From positions 5,412-69,411 of the forward strand of contig JBFHML010000003.1 of NCBI GenBank assembly GCA_041594335.1: a stretch of DNA of 64,000 nt, in the 5' to 3' direction. Origin of the DNA: Porticoccaceae bacterium. GTDB lineage: Bacteria > Pseudomonadota > Gammaproteobacteria > Pseudomonadales > Porticoccaceae. This document shows, one piece after another, positions 20,717 through 28,975 of this stretch. The notes below the pieces were generated by a model. That model ran no database searches. It was not told the origin of the DNA and saw only the letters and a list, made by a program, of their open reading frames with translations. Both the position numbers and the translations under genes were made by a program. Numbering within the stretch: position 1 is the first letter of the stretch; each line of letters starts with the position of its first letter.

Positions 20717-20769
20717 GTGCGGACTGTTGCGGCAGCCAAGAATGGGCGCGCACAGCTACTGCTGATTCA

Positions 20770-20846
20770 CTGGTAGGCACGAGTGGACTCGAACCACCGA
20801 CCCCCACCATGTCAAGGTGGTGCTCTAACCAACTGAGCTACGTGCC
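20770..20846 (-). tRNA. tRNA-Val (anticodon GAC)
   Basis: 77-nt cloverleaf: AGGCACG acceptor, anticodon loop TTGACAT, T-loop TTCGAGT, encoded CCA. Confidence 0.9.
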
Positions 20847-20847
20847 T

Positions 20848-20871
20848 GAAAAGGCTGGCCAATTTACCAGC
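20848..20871 (-). terminator. Terminator-like hairpin between tRNA-Asp and tRNA-Val(GAC)
   Basis: Minus strand reads GGCUGG-UAAAUUGG-CCAGCC followed by UUUU, immediately before the tRNA-Val 5-prime end. Could be a processing element instead. Confidence 0.3.
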
Positions 20872-20929
20872 CCCACCACCACATGACAAGCCGTGAACAC
20901 CCTTCACGGCTGCAGCGGCGGCAAATCAA

Positions 20930-21006
20930 TGGCGGACCGGACGGGACTCGAACCCGCGACCTCCGGCGTGACAGGCCGGCATTCTAACCGACTGAACTAC
21001 CGGTCC
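20930..21006 (-). tRNA. tRNA-Asp (anticodon GTC)
   Basis: 77 nt: GGACCGG acceptor, anticodon loop CTGTCAC. Near-identical in architecture to E. coli tRNA-Asp. Confidence 0.9.
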
Positions 21007-21008
21007 GA

Positions 21009-21084
21009 TGGTGGGTGGTACAGGGGTCGAACCTGTGACCTACGGCTTGTAAGGCCGTCGCTCTCCCAACTGAGCTAACCACCC
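21009..21084 (-). tRNA. tRNA-Val (anticodon TAC)
   Basis: 76 nt: GGGTGGT acceptor, anticodon loop CTTACAA, encoded CCA. Confidence 0.9.
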
Positions 21085-21099
21085 GTTGAGGAGACGCGC

Positions 21100-21127
21100 A
21101 TTCTACCCGAACCCCTCGGGCTGTCAA
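21100..21127 (-). promoter_or_regulatory. Sigma-70 promoter of the tRNA-Val/Asp/Val operon
   Basis: Minus strand reads TTGACA, 16 nt, TAGAAT, then a GCGCGUC GC-rich discriminator. The -10 element ends 15 nt before the tRNA 5-prime end. Confidence 0.5.
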
Positions 21128-21200
21128 CGAAAAACCTGCAAATTCCCCTATACTGTTGGGCCGCTGGAATCCCGCCACGCGCTGCACCACATTCAGCACC

Positions 21201-21557
21201 ATGGAAATTTTTCGCTCGTTCAGCTTTGAGGCCGCCCACCACCTGCCCAAGGTGCCGCCCGAGCATAAGTGCCGGCGCCTGCACGGCCATTCCTTTCACG
21301 TCGTGGTCCGTGTCGAAGGCCCGATGGGCGCAGAATCGGGCTGGGTGATGGATTTCGCCGAGGTGAAAGCGGCCTGCCGACCAATTCATGCGGCCCTCGA
21401 CCACCGCTACCTCAATGAAATCCCCGGCCTCGAGAATCCCACCAGCGAACAAATCGCCCGCTGGATCTGGCGCCGCCTGCAGCCGGCGCTGCCCGGATTG
21501 GCTGCTGTCGAGGTTCGAGAAACCTGCACCAGCGGCTGTGTCTATCGAGGCGACTGA
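21201..21557 (+). CDS. queD: 6-carboxy-5,6,7,8-tetrahydropterin synthase
   Basis: MEIFRSFSFEAAHHLPKVPPEHKCRRLHGHSF...ETCTSGCVYRG is collinear with E. coli QueD. Confidence 0.9.
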   Translation: MEIFRSFSFEAAHHLPKVPPEHKCRRLHGHSFHVVVRVEGPMGAESGWVMDFAEVKAACRPIHAALDHRYLNEIPGLENPTSEQIARWIWRRLQPALPGLAAVEVRETCTSGCVYRGD

Positions 21558-21580
21558 CCTCCCCCACCCACGGCCAACCT

Positions 21581-21865
21581 GTGCGAATCCTCCGCCTGAC
21601 AATCGCATTTCAACTTCCCGCGTGCTGCTCTCTAAAAGACAAGCGCCATAGATTACAGCGACTGCGCGATCGATTTGGCGGCAAACCCAATATCGCTGTG
21701 TCCGAGTCGGCCTGGCACGATGCGCACGATCGGGCGGAGTGGACCTTTGTGGTGGTCGGCGAAAGCCACCGCGTCGTGGAAGCAGTCCAGCAATCCATCC
21801 TCAGTTACGCCTGTCAGTACCTGGATGCTGTAGTGACCCAAAGCACGCGTGAATACCTGGCCTAA
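21581..21865 (+). CDS. DUF503 (YlxP-like) protein
   Basis: GTG start. LRLTIAFQLPACCSLKDKRHRLQRLRDRF...FVVVGES fits the DUF503 pattern. Confidence 0.7.
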   Translation: MRILRLTIAFQLPACCSLKDKRHRLQRLRDRFGGKPNIAVSESAWHDAHDRAEWTFVVVGESHRVVEAVQQSILSYACQYLDAVVTQSTREYLA

Positions 21866-22394
21866 GCAAATACGCGCTTTCATCGGTTGCCCCCTAGCGC
21901 ATCCCGACAGGAATCGACTGACTGACTGGACACGCGACTGCCTGGGCCCCGGGTGGCGGCCCGTCTCCCCGCAGAACCTGCACCTCACGGTTTGCTTTCT
22001 CGGCGAACAGCCCTCACCCACACTGGCCTTGCTGGCCCGTGAATTGAAAACCCTGGGACCGTTGTCGAGCGGTAGCGGCCGCGGCGACCAGCCTCAGCGG
22101 TTTCCGAGCCCCACAGCGCCGCTGCTGGCGCTGGAGCTATCGCCGGACACGCATCTACTCGACTTGCATGCTGCGGTAACGGCCGTGACCACCCAGCGCG
22201 GCCTGCCCACCGGCCGCTTGCCCTTTCGGCCGCATATCACACTCGCTCGCGGGGGCGGGTCCTATATACGACAACCGCTAAACATCGTTCTGCATTTCAC
22301 ACAACTGTGTCTCTTCGCGAGCGTGCCGGGGAAAGCCACCTACGCCAGATTGAGCGAGCAGGCACTCGCCCAGCTCTTTGATCAACTGCCCTGA
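21849..22394 (+). CDS. thpR: RNA 2',3'-cyclic phosphodiesterase (2H phosphoesterase, ThpR/LigT)
   Basis: Two HxT/S motifs (HLTVCFLGE and RPHITLAR). GTG start overlaps the DUF503 gene by 17 nt. Confidence 0.75.
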   Translation: MNTWPKQIRAFIGCPLAHPDRNRLTDWTRDCLGPGWRPVSPQNLHLTVCFLGEQPSPTLALLARELKTLGPLSSGSGRGDQPQRFPSPTAPLLALELSPDTHLLDLHAAVTAVTTQRGLPTGRLPFRPHITLARGGGSYIRQPLNIVLHFTQLCLFASVPGKATYARLSEQALAQLFDQLP

Positions 22395-22403
22395 AATTGC
22401 GCT

Positions 22404-23297
22404 TCAGCAGGCGCCACCGAACAAGTGGAGGTCGAGACTTTCGATCTGCAGCCGAATCACCTGCCGATGATCGGTGACTACATCAATAAACGGCTGATAT
22501 AAGGCCGCAGTGCGGACCCCAGTCAAGCCGCGCAAGTGCGCGCGCATCCTGGCAAGATCTCGTTCCGTATCCAGAAGCTCAGCCAACCGTCGAACGTCCT
22601 CGAGGGCCCGTTTACGCGCCCCGGCCAATGCCCCCAATAGCTGCAATTGCAGCGCATAGCGCCCAAGTTGGATACCAGCGGGATCGCGGCAACCCGGGTC
22701 AGCACCGCGCGCGCGCCGCATCCGAGACACGCAATCGGCGAAGGAATGGTCTAGACCCGCTCGCAGGTCCGGGACAGAGAATGTCGACAAAACCTCCCGA
22801 CCGAAGGTCTCGGGAAACGCTTTATCGACTTCGGCACCCGTATTGGCGGCGAGCGCCTTGACGGTAATGGCCACGCCCTCGGGGTTGCGCGGCAAGGCGC
22901 GACACTGCGCGCGCAACCGGCGATACCCCGGCCGATCACGCCATTGCGCGTCATCGAACAACGCCGCAAACAGGCGCCGCTGGGCCCAGGCGTCACGCCA
23001 GGGCGCAACGCGAGCCACCAAGGGGCGGGTTCGCGCCAGCAGCGCATCGGCAAAACTGGGATCCACGGCGGTCAAGAGACCGCCCAGCGCAGCCACCCGC
23101 TCTAGCGCCGCTGCGGCCTTGCCTGCGCGCTGGAGGCGCTTGCGCGAGAGCTTAGCCACGGCCTTGCGCGCCACGGCCACTTGCTCATGAAGCACCCGAT
23201 GCAATTCCAGGCCTAGCGGTCGCGCTGGATCCAAGATATAGCCCGGCGGCGCCGATCGGCGCACCAGTCCATCGGGCTCCCATGTCACAGATTCCAA
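22404..23297 (-). CDS. Hypothetical Arg/Ala-rich helical protein (weak CHAD-like resemblance)
   Basis: 297-aa ORF with no competing long ORF and coding-like composition. Only a vague resemblance to CHAD helical repeats (HRVLHEQ..RK, RRLAELLDTERDL). Function not supported. Confidence 0.5.
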   Translation of the reverse strand: MESVTWEPDGLVRRSAPPGYILDPARPLGLELHRVLHEQVAVARKAVAKLSRKRLQRAGKAAAALERVAALGGLLTAVDPSFADALLARTRPLVARVAPWRDAWAQRRLFAALFDDAQWRDRPGYRRLRAQCRALPRNPEGVAITVKALAANTGAEVDKAFPETFGREVLSTFSVPDLRAGLDHSFADCVSRMRRARGADPGCRDPAGIQLGRYALQLQLLGALAGARKRALEDVRRLAELLDTERDLARMRAHLRGLTGVRTAALYQPFIDVVTDHRQVIRLQIESLDLHLFGGAC

Positions 23298-23304
23298 GCG
23301 CCGA

Positions 23305-23691
23305 TCAGCTGTCCGGCCCCTCGACTACCGGGCGGAGCTGGTCCAATTCCTCCTCGGTAAACAGTCGGGAGCGAATCAGGAAACGGACTCCCAGCGGAAT
23401 CTCCAAAGAAAAGCTGGCCCCACGCCCCGGCACCACGTCGATGGTCGTATGGCAGTTACGGTAATACTCGAACTGCTCGGGGGACATATAAAACCGGCAA
23501 CCGTGGATTTCCCCCAGGCAGACATCGCGGCTGCCTACACGAAAATCATCAACCGCCAGACACATCGGTGCCGAACCGTCACAGCAGCCACCACTCTGGT
23601 GAAAGAGCAGTGGCCCGTGCCGCGCGCGCAGTTGGTCGATCACTGCGCACGCGGACTCAGTGACGTCCAGACGCTCCTTGTACTCCGTCAT
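23305..23691 (-). CDS. DUF779 domain protein
   Basis: LLFHQSGGCCDGSAPMC...GCRFYMSPEQFEYY is the characteristic DUF779 signature. Sits immediately downstream of the aldehyde dehydrogenase, as usual for this family. Confidence 0.85.
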   Translation of the reverse strand: MTEYKERLDVTESACAVIDQLRARHGPLLFHQSGGCCDGSAPMCLAVDDFRVGSRDVCLGEIHGCRFYMSPEQFEYYRNCHTTIDVVPGRGASFSLEIPLGVRFLIRSRLFTEEELDQLRPVVEGPDS

Positions 23692-23711
23692 TTCACGACC
23701 ACCAACCGGCG

Positions 23712-25208
23712 TCAGAAGAAACCGAGTTTATCCTTTGCATAGGAGACCAGCACATTCTTCGTATTGCGGTAGTGCGCCAGCATCATCGCGTGATTTTCGC
23801 GCCCGATTCCGGACTTCTTGTAGCCGCCGAAGGACGCATGTGCCGGATAAACGTGGTAGCAGTTGACCCACACCCTGCCCGCTTGAATGCCGCGCATAAA
23901 GGTCTGCACCTGATGCAGATCACGCGACCAGACGCCCGAACCCAAGCCGTAGAGGGTGTCGTTGGCAATCTCCAATGCCTCGGCATCATCTTTGAAGGTT
24001 GTCACGGCCAGTACCGGACCGAAAATCTCCTCCTGGAAAATCCGCATCTTGTTGTGGCCCTTGAAGACCGTCGGCTGAATGTAGAACCCGCCGGGATAGC
24101 GATCGTTTTTGTAGGCCTCACCGCCGCAAAGCAGCTGCGCGCCTTCTTGGCGACCGATATCGATATAGCTCAGGATCTTCTCGTACTGATCGTTCGAGGC
24201 CTGCGCACCCATCATGGTCGTCACATCGTAGGGGTCGCCCATCTTGATCGCCGCCACCCGCGCCAAGCACTTTTCCATAAAGCGTTCGTAAATACTCTCG
24301 TGCACCAGCGCTCGCGATGGACAAGTGCATACTTGGCCCTGATTGAGCGCGAACATGACCAAACCCTCGATGGCCTTGTCGAGGAAAGCGTCGTCTTGAT
24401 CCATGACACTGGCGCAGAAGATATTCGGAGACTTGCCCCCCAGCTCCAGCGTCACCGGAACGATGTTCTCGGCCGCGTACTGCATGATCAGCCGGCCCGT
24501 TGTGGTCTCACCGGTAAAAGCGACCTTCTTGACATCCGGATGCGACGCGAGCGGCTTGCCAGCTTCTGCCCCGAAGCCGTTGACTACATTGAGCACCCCA
24601 GGCGGCAACAGATCGCCGATCAACTCCATCACCACCAGCATGGATACCGGCGTCTGCTCAGCGGGCTTAAGCACCACGCAGTTCCCCGCGGCCAAAGCCG
24701 GCGCGATCTTCCAGGCCGCCATCAGCAAAGGGAAATTCCACGGAATAATCTGGCCGACCACGCCCAACGGCTCGTGAATTTCCATCGACACCAGATTTTC
24801 ATCGATATCACTGACCGAGCCTGATTCGGTACGAATCGCCGCCGCGAAGTACCGAAACTGATCAATAGTCAGCGGTAAATCCGCCCCGAGGGTCTCGCGA
24901 ATCGATTTCCCGTTGTCGCAGGTCTCCACTGCAGCCAACAATTCGATGTTGGCCTCCAGGGTGTCGGCCACCTTGTTGAGGATACCCGCGCGCGCAGCCG
25001 CAGCCATTCGACTCCAGGCGGGGAAAGCGGCCCAGCCCGCCTTCACTGCAGCGTCGATATCTTTCGCGCTCGATTGCGGTATCCGGGCGATCAGTTCGCC
25101 ATCGATCGGCGAGATATTCTCGAAATACTGACCGTCGGCAGGAGGCGTCCATTGTCCGCCGATGTAGTTCTCATATTGCGCTTTGAATTGCGGACGTTGA
25201 AAAACCAT
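23712..25208 (-). CDS. NAD(P)-dependent aldehyde dehydrogenase (AldB/ExaC-like)
   Basis: 498 aa. [22 protein letters not shown] and [10 protein letters not shown] (catalytic Cys) motifs. Confidence 0.95.
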   Translation of the reverse strand: MVFQRPQFKAQYENYIGGQWTPPADGQYFENISPIDGELIARIPQSSAKDIDAAVKAGWAAFPAWSRMAAAARAGILNKVADTLEANIELLAAVETCDNGKSIRETLGADLPLTIDQFRYFAAAIRTESGSVSDIDENLVSMEIHEPLGVVGQIIPWNFPLLMAAWKIAPALAAGNCVVLKPAEQTPVSMLVVMELIGDLLPPGVLNVVNGFGAEAGKPLASHPDVKKVAFTGETTTGRLIMQYAAENIVPVTLELGGKSPNIFCASVMDQDDAFLDKAIEGLVMFALNQGQVCTCPSRALVHESIYERFMEKCLARVAAIKMGDPYDVTTMMGAQASNDQYEKILSYIDIGRQEGAQLLCGGEAYKNDRYPGGFYIQPTVFKGHNKMRIFQEEIFGPVLAVTTFKDDAEALEIANDTLYGLGSGVWSRDLHQVQTFMRGIQAGRVWVNCYHVYPAHASFGGYKKSGIGRENHAMMLAHYRNTKNVLVSYAKDKLGFF

Positions 25209-25430
25209 CCGTCACCTCCGCTAGCTGTAATGATCGTTATCTATTCGCACCTTGATTGAGGGTGCTCCCACGAGCTCTCGAGACGTTGCCACCGACTGCC
25301 CGCGACCTCCAAGTATGCTCCCCGGGCATGGCCTCCGGCAACCTGCAACCCCTTGTCACAATTGCCTAAAGTCATTGTCCCATGCTCAACAGGACCGGAT
25401 AATGCGCACCTCCCCTGATACCCGCTACCG

Positions 25431-26537
25431 ATGCCTGACCGCCCTATCTCCACTGCCTCATCCGCTGGACCGGAAGCCGACAATCACTCCCTGGAAGCGA
25501 AGGTCGCGGAGCTACGCCGCCGGTTCGGCTCCAGATTGCCGCGACACTTGGAGATCTACCCTTCGCCCCCCACCGGCTATCGAATGCGAGCCGAATTTCG
25601 TATCTGGCACCAGGATGAACGCTGTCATTACGCCATGTACCGGCCGGGCCGTGGCGGGCAGCCCTATATGATCGAGCACTACCCCCCGGGCTCCCCCGTC
25701 ATTACGGCGCTCATGCCGGCCCTGCTCACCCACCTCAACACCGAGCCCGAATTACGCCATCGCCTGTTCACCGTCGAGTTCCTCACCACTACCAGCGGCC
25801 AAGCCGTGATCACCCTAATCTACCATCGCCCGCTTGACTCACGCTGGGAAGCGGCGGCAACCAAACTCCACTCCCATCTTGGCTGTCATGTCATCGGCCG
25901 CAGCCGCGGCCAGAAACTCGTTATCGGTGAGGATTACGTGACCGAGACCCTCAGCGTCGCCGGCCGAACATATCACTGGCGGCAGTACGAAACCGGTTTC
26001 ACCCAGCCCAACGCCGCCATCAACCGGGAGATGCTCGCCTGGGTCGCCCGCGAGGGCCGGAAACTGGGCGGTGATTTACTCGAACTGTACTGCGGCAACG
26101 GCAATTTCACGCTGGTAATGGCCAACGAATTCCAACGCGTGTTAGCTACAGAGGTCTCCAAACTCTCGGTGCGCGCGGCCCAGCACAACTTGCAGCGCAA
26201 TGGCGCCGACAATGTGGCCTTGGTGCGCATGGCCAGCGCCGAAGTCAGCGACGCCTTGGCCGGCGTCCGACCCTTCCGCCGCCTGCGCCACCTCAACCTT
26301 GCTGATTACACATTCAACACCCTGTTGGTGGACCCACCGCGCGCAGGTCTCGACGAGGCCACCTTACGCCTCGCCAAAAACTTCACAAACATTCTTTATA
26401 TATCATGCAACCCATTGTCTTTATTGGAAAACATTATCGATCTGGAAGCACAGCACCGGATCGTCTCCGGAGCCGTTTTCGACCAGTTCCCCGGCACGGA
26501 TCACCTCGAATGCGGGCTACTGCTGGCCCGTGTCTGA
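25431..26537 (+). CDS. trmA: tRNA (uridine54-C5)-methyltransferase
   Basis: YRMRAEFRIWH, LLVDPPRAGLD, ILYISCNP and FDQFPGTDHLECG are collinear with E. coli TrmA. Confidence 0.9.
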   Translation: MPDRPISTASSAGPEADNHSLEAKVAELRRRFGSRLPRHLEIYPSPPTGYRMRAEFRIWHQDERCHYAMYRPGRGGQPYMIEHYPPGSPVITALMPALLTHLNTEPELRHRLFTVEFLTTTSGQAVITLIYHRPLDSRWEAAATKLHSHLGCHVIGRSRGQKLVIGEDYVTETLSVAGRTYHWRQYETGFTQPNAAINREMLAWVAREGRKLGGDLLELYCGNGNFTLVMANEFQRVLATEVSKLSVRAAQHNLQRNGADNVALVRMASAEVSDALAGVRPFRRLRHLNLADYTFNTLLVDPPRAGLDEATLRLAKNFTNILYISCNPLSLLENIIDLEAQHRIVSGAVFDQFPGTDHLECGLLLARV

Positions 26538-27028
26538 AGACTCCTGCCGCCGGCTCCGGAGTCAGCACGATCATCGTCTCGCGCTAAAATTTCGCGAGCG
26601 GCGGCCAACACGAAATCCCGAAAATCTCGCTCGACAGCCTCTCGCTCCAACGTATAGACATGCTGTTGGCGGCGGTCCAATGCGCGCCAAGCGTCCAGTA
26701 TGGGCAAGTGCGCGGTCGCCGCAGCGACTTGGCCGAAAACGCGAGTTCGCTCCTCTGGATACCGGCCTTGCTCTATTTGACCGAGCAAATAACTGATCCG
26801 CTGGCAGCCTTCGGTCAAGGTAATCTCTTCTTCAATCATGGCACCTGCCAACAGCCGAATCCCGAACAGCGCCTGCTCCTGCCGCGTTTCGCGCGCCTGC
26901 GCTTGCGCCTCGGCAGCCTCGCGTCGCTCCTGTGCCTGCCGCCGTAAACGGACCGCGAGCCACCCGGCGTATGCCGCCAACGGCACGATCACCGCACCGG
27001 CCGCCAGCAACCACAGGTATGACGTCAT
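26501..27028 (-). CDS. DUF2489-like membrane-anchored protein
   Basis: N-terminal TM helix, RRQAQERREAAEAQ linker, then LLAGAMIEEEITLTEGCQRISYLL. ATG 27028 overlaps the AEC transporter stop (TAATG). Its 3-prime end overlaps the trmA 3-prime end by 37 nt. Confidence 0.6.
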   Translation of the reverse strand: MTSYLWLLAAGAVIVPLAAYAGWLAVRLRRQAQERREAAEAQAQARETRQEQALFGIRLLAGAMIEEEITLTEGCQRISYLLGQIEQGRYPEERTRVFGQVAAATAHLPILDAWRALDRRQQHVYTLEREAVERDFRDFVLAAAREILARDDDRADSGAGGRSLQTRASSSPHSR

Positions 27029-27969
27029 TACACCAACCCCCACCACCTGAGCAGAATCAACCCTGCACAGTTCACCATAAACGACAGCACCCCACTGACC
27101 AGTACGATGTTAGCGGCAAGCCTGCGATCGCCCCCAAACATCTCCGCGAACACCACACTGATCGAGGCCGTAGGCGAAGCCAGCACCAGAAACAGTATGC
27201 CGAGCTCCATATCGCGCAAGCCCGCGCCAAACCCGACGGCGGTTCCCAAGGCCGGCATCCAAATGCACTTGTAGAATGCCGCCCCCCAACTCGCCAATGC
27301 CGGCTTGCGGAGTTCGCGAAAATTCAGCGAAGCACCCAGCATGAACAACACCAAGGGCACAGTCAGCTGGCCGACAATGTTGCCCGTCTCTACCAACAAT
27401 TGCGGCAGCGGTACTTTCAGTGCGCCCGCCAAGATACCCAACAAGATGCCGAGTATCACCGGATTACGGATCACCGAGATCCCCGCACCCCCCGCCACCG
27501 GCGCGCCATAACGGCGCAGCATCAGCACCGAAAACACATTGCCAAACACAATGAAAATGGCCATCGGCAACGACGCCAAGACGACGCCCTCGCGACCGTA
27601 GACGCTCTGCGCCATTGCCAGCCCGGCGATCAGCAAATTGCCACGCGCCGCGCCCTGCAGAAACACCCCACGCTGCTCACGCCGCACCCCGAGGATCCTA
27701 GCCAGTGGCCACGCCAACAACGAAAGTCCCATCACCAATCCGGCACTGACGAACAGAAATCTTGGCGCGCGCGCCAACTCGATTTCCGCGGTGGCCAAGG
27801 ACAAAAACAGCATCATTGGCGCGCCCAGATTGAATACCAGCCGGGACGCGTCGCGTAAGAAGTCGTCGCTGAGCATGCCGGCGCGGCGCAGCACCACCCC
27901 CAATGCGGTGACCAGGTAAATGGGGGTCACCGTACCCAACGCAAACCAGATGACTTCCAGCGGATTCAC
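27028..27969 (-). CDS. AEC (auxin efflux carrier) family transporter
   Basis: 313-aa polytopic membrane protein. N-terminus IWFALGTVTPIYLVTALGVVLRRAGMLSDDFLRDASRLVFN is typical of the AEC family. Confidence 0.85.
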   Translation of the reverse strand: MNPLEVIWFALGTVTPIYLVTALGVVLRRAGMLSDDFLRDASRLVFNLGAPMMLFLSLATAEIELARAPRFLFVSAGLVMGLSLLAWPLARILGVRREQRGVFLQGAARGNLLIAGLAMAQSVYGREGVVLASLPMAIFIVFGNVFSVLMLRRYGAPVAGGAGISVIRNPVILGILLGILAGALKVPLPQLLVETGNIVGQLTVPLVLFMLGASLNFRELRKPALASWGAAFYKCIWMPALGTAVGFGAGLRDMELGILFLVLASPTASISVVFAEMFGGDRRLAANIVLVSGVLSFMVNCAGLILLRWWGLV

Positions 27970-28070
27970 GTCCAGAGCCCCTGGCGGCCGTACGCCTCGG
28001 TCACCGCCATGCCGAGCACAAGCGCAACAGCCACACCGATCACGCGGAGCCTCCGGTAGAATGCCGCGCT

Positions 28071-28934
28071 ATGCGCGAACCCCCGAAAATTCTGGTCTTC
28101 GATTCCGGCGTAGGCGGGTTGAGCGTGCTGGCTGCGGTCCGGGAGCATTTGCCCGGCTGCGAATTCCTCTTTGCCTGCGACAATGCCGCCTTTCCCTATG
28201 GCACCAAAGGGGAAACCGAACTCATCGAACGCGTCGATCATGTCGTAGGAATCCTGGCGCGCCGTTGGGCGCCAACCCTGATCGTGATCGCCTGTAACAG
28301 CGCCAGCACCCTGGCACTGCCCCGGCTGCGTTCCCGGCTCTCGCAACCCGTAGTAGGGGTTGTCCCGGCCATCAAGCCTGCCGCAGCGCAGTCGACCACC
28401 AAGGTGATCGGCCTGCTGGGCACTGAGGGCACGGTCGGCCGGTTGTACACGCAGCAACTCATCAACGACTTCGCTCACGGTTGCCGGGTAATCCCGTTGG
28501 GCAGCTCTCGTTTGGTGGAGATCGCGGAGCAAGCCATGCGCGGCACACCACCCAACGACGCTGAACTGCGACACATCCTGTCGCCGTTGTTTGCAGAACC
28601 CGCGCTGGACACGGTGGTGTTGGCTTGCACGCATTTCCCCCTTCTCTCCCGGCAGTTGGCAGCCGCTGCGCCCCGTCCCGTGCACTGGGTAGACTCCGGT
28701 GCAGCCATTGCCCGCCGTACTGCCTCGTTGCTGCCCGGTTGGCGGCCAGCAGCCGACCGCGGCTTTTCCGCGAACTTCACCAGCCCCACGACACTGCAGG
28801 GGCTTTACCCAACCTTGGCAGACCTCGGATGCCACGAAATCACAGTGTGCGACACATCGGACAGCCACCCTTTCTCCACCAACAATACCTCCGATAAAAA
28901 TATTTTTAATCAAATAGATAGGAATGATAGTTAA
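28071..28934 (+). CDS. murI: Glutamate racemase
   Basis: ILVFDSGVGGLSVL, IACNSAST and LACTHFPLL catalytic Cys motifs. The last ~13 codons lie in an AT-rich patch and are probably not conserved. Confidence 0.9.
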   Translation: MREPPKILVFDSGVGGLSVLAAVREHLPGCEFLFACDNAAFPYGTKGETELIERVDHVVGILARRWAPTLIVIACNSASTLALPRLRSRLSQPVVGVVPAIKPAAAQSTTKVIGLLGTEGTVGRLYTQQLINDFAHGCRVIPLGSSRLVEIAEQAMRGTPPNDAELRHILSPLFAEPALDTVVLACTHFPLLSRQLAAAAPRPVHWVDSGAAIARRTASLLPGWRPAADRGFSANFTSPTTLQGLYPTLADLGCHEITVCDTSDSHPFSTNNTSDKNIFNQIDRNDS

Positions 28935-28975
28935 ACTTTAACAAAACATTTACCGGTTGACGCGTACCCCGGCGC

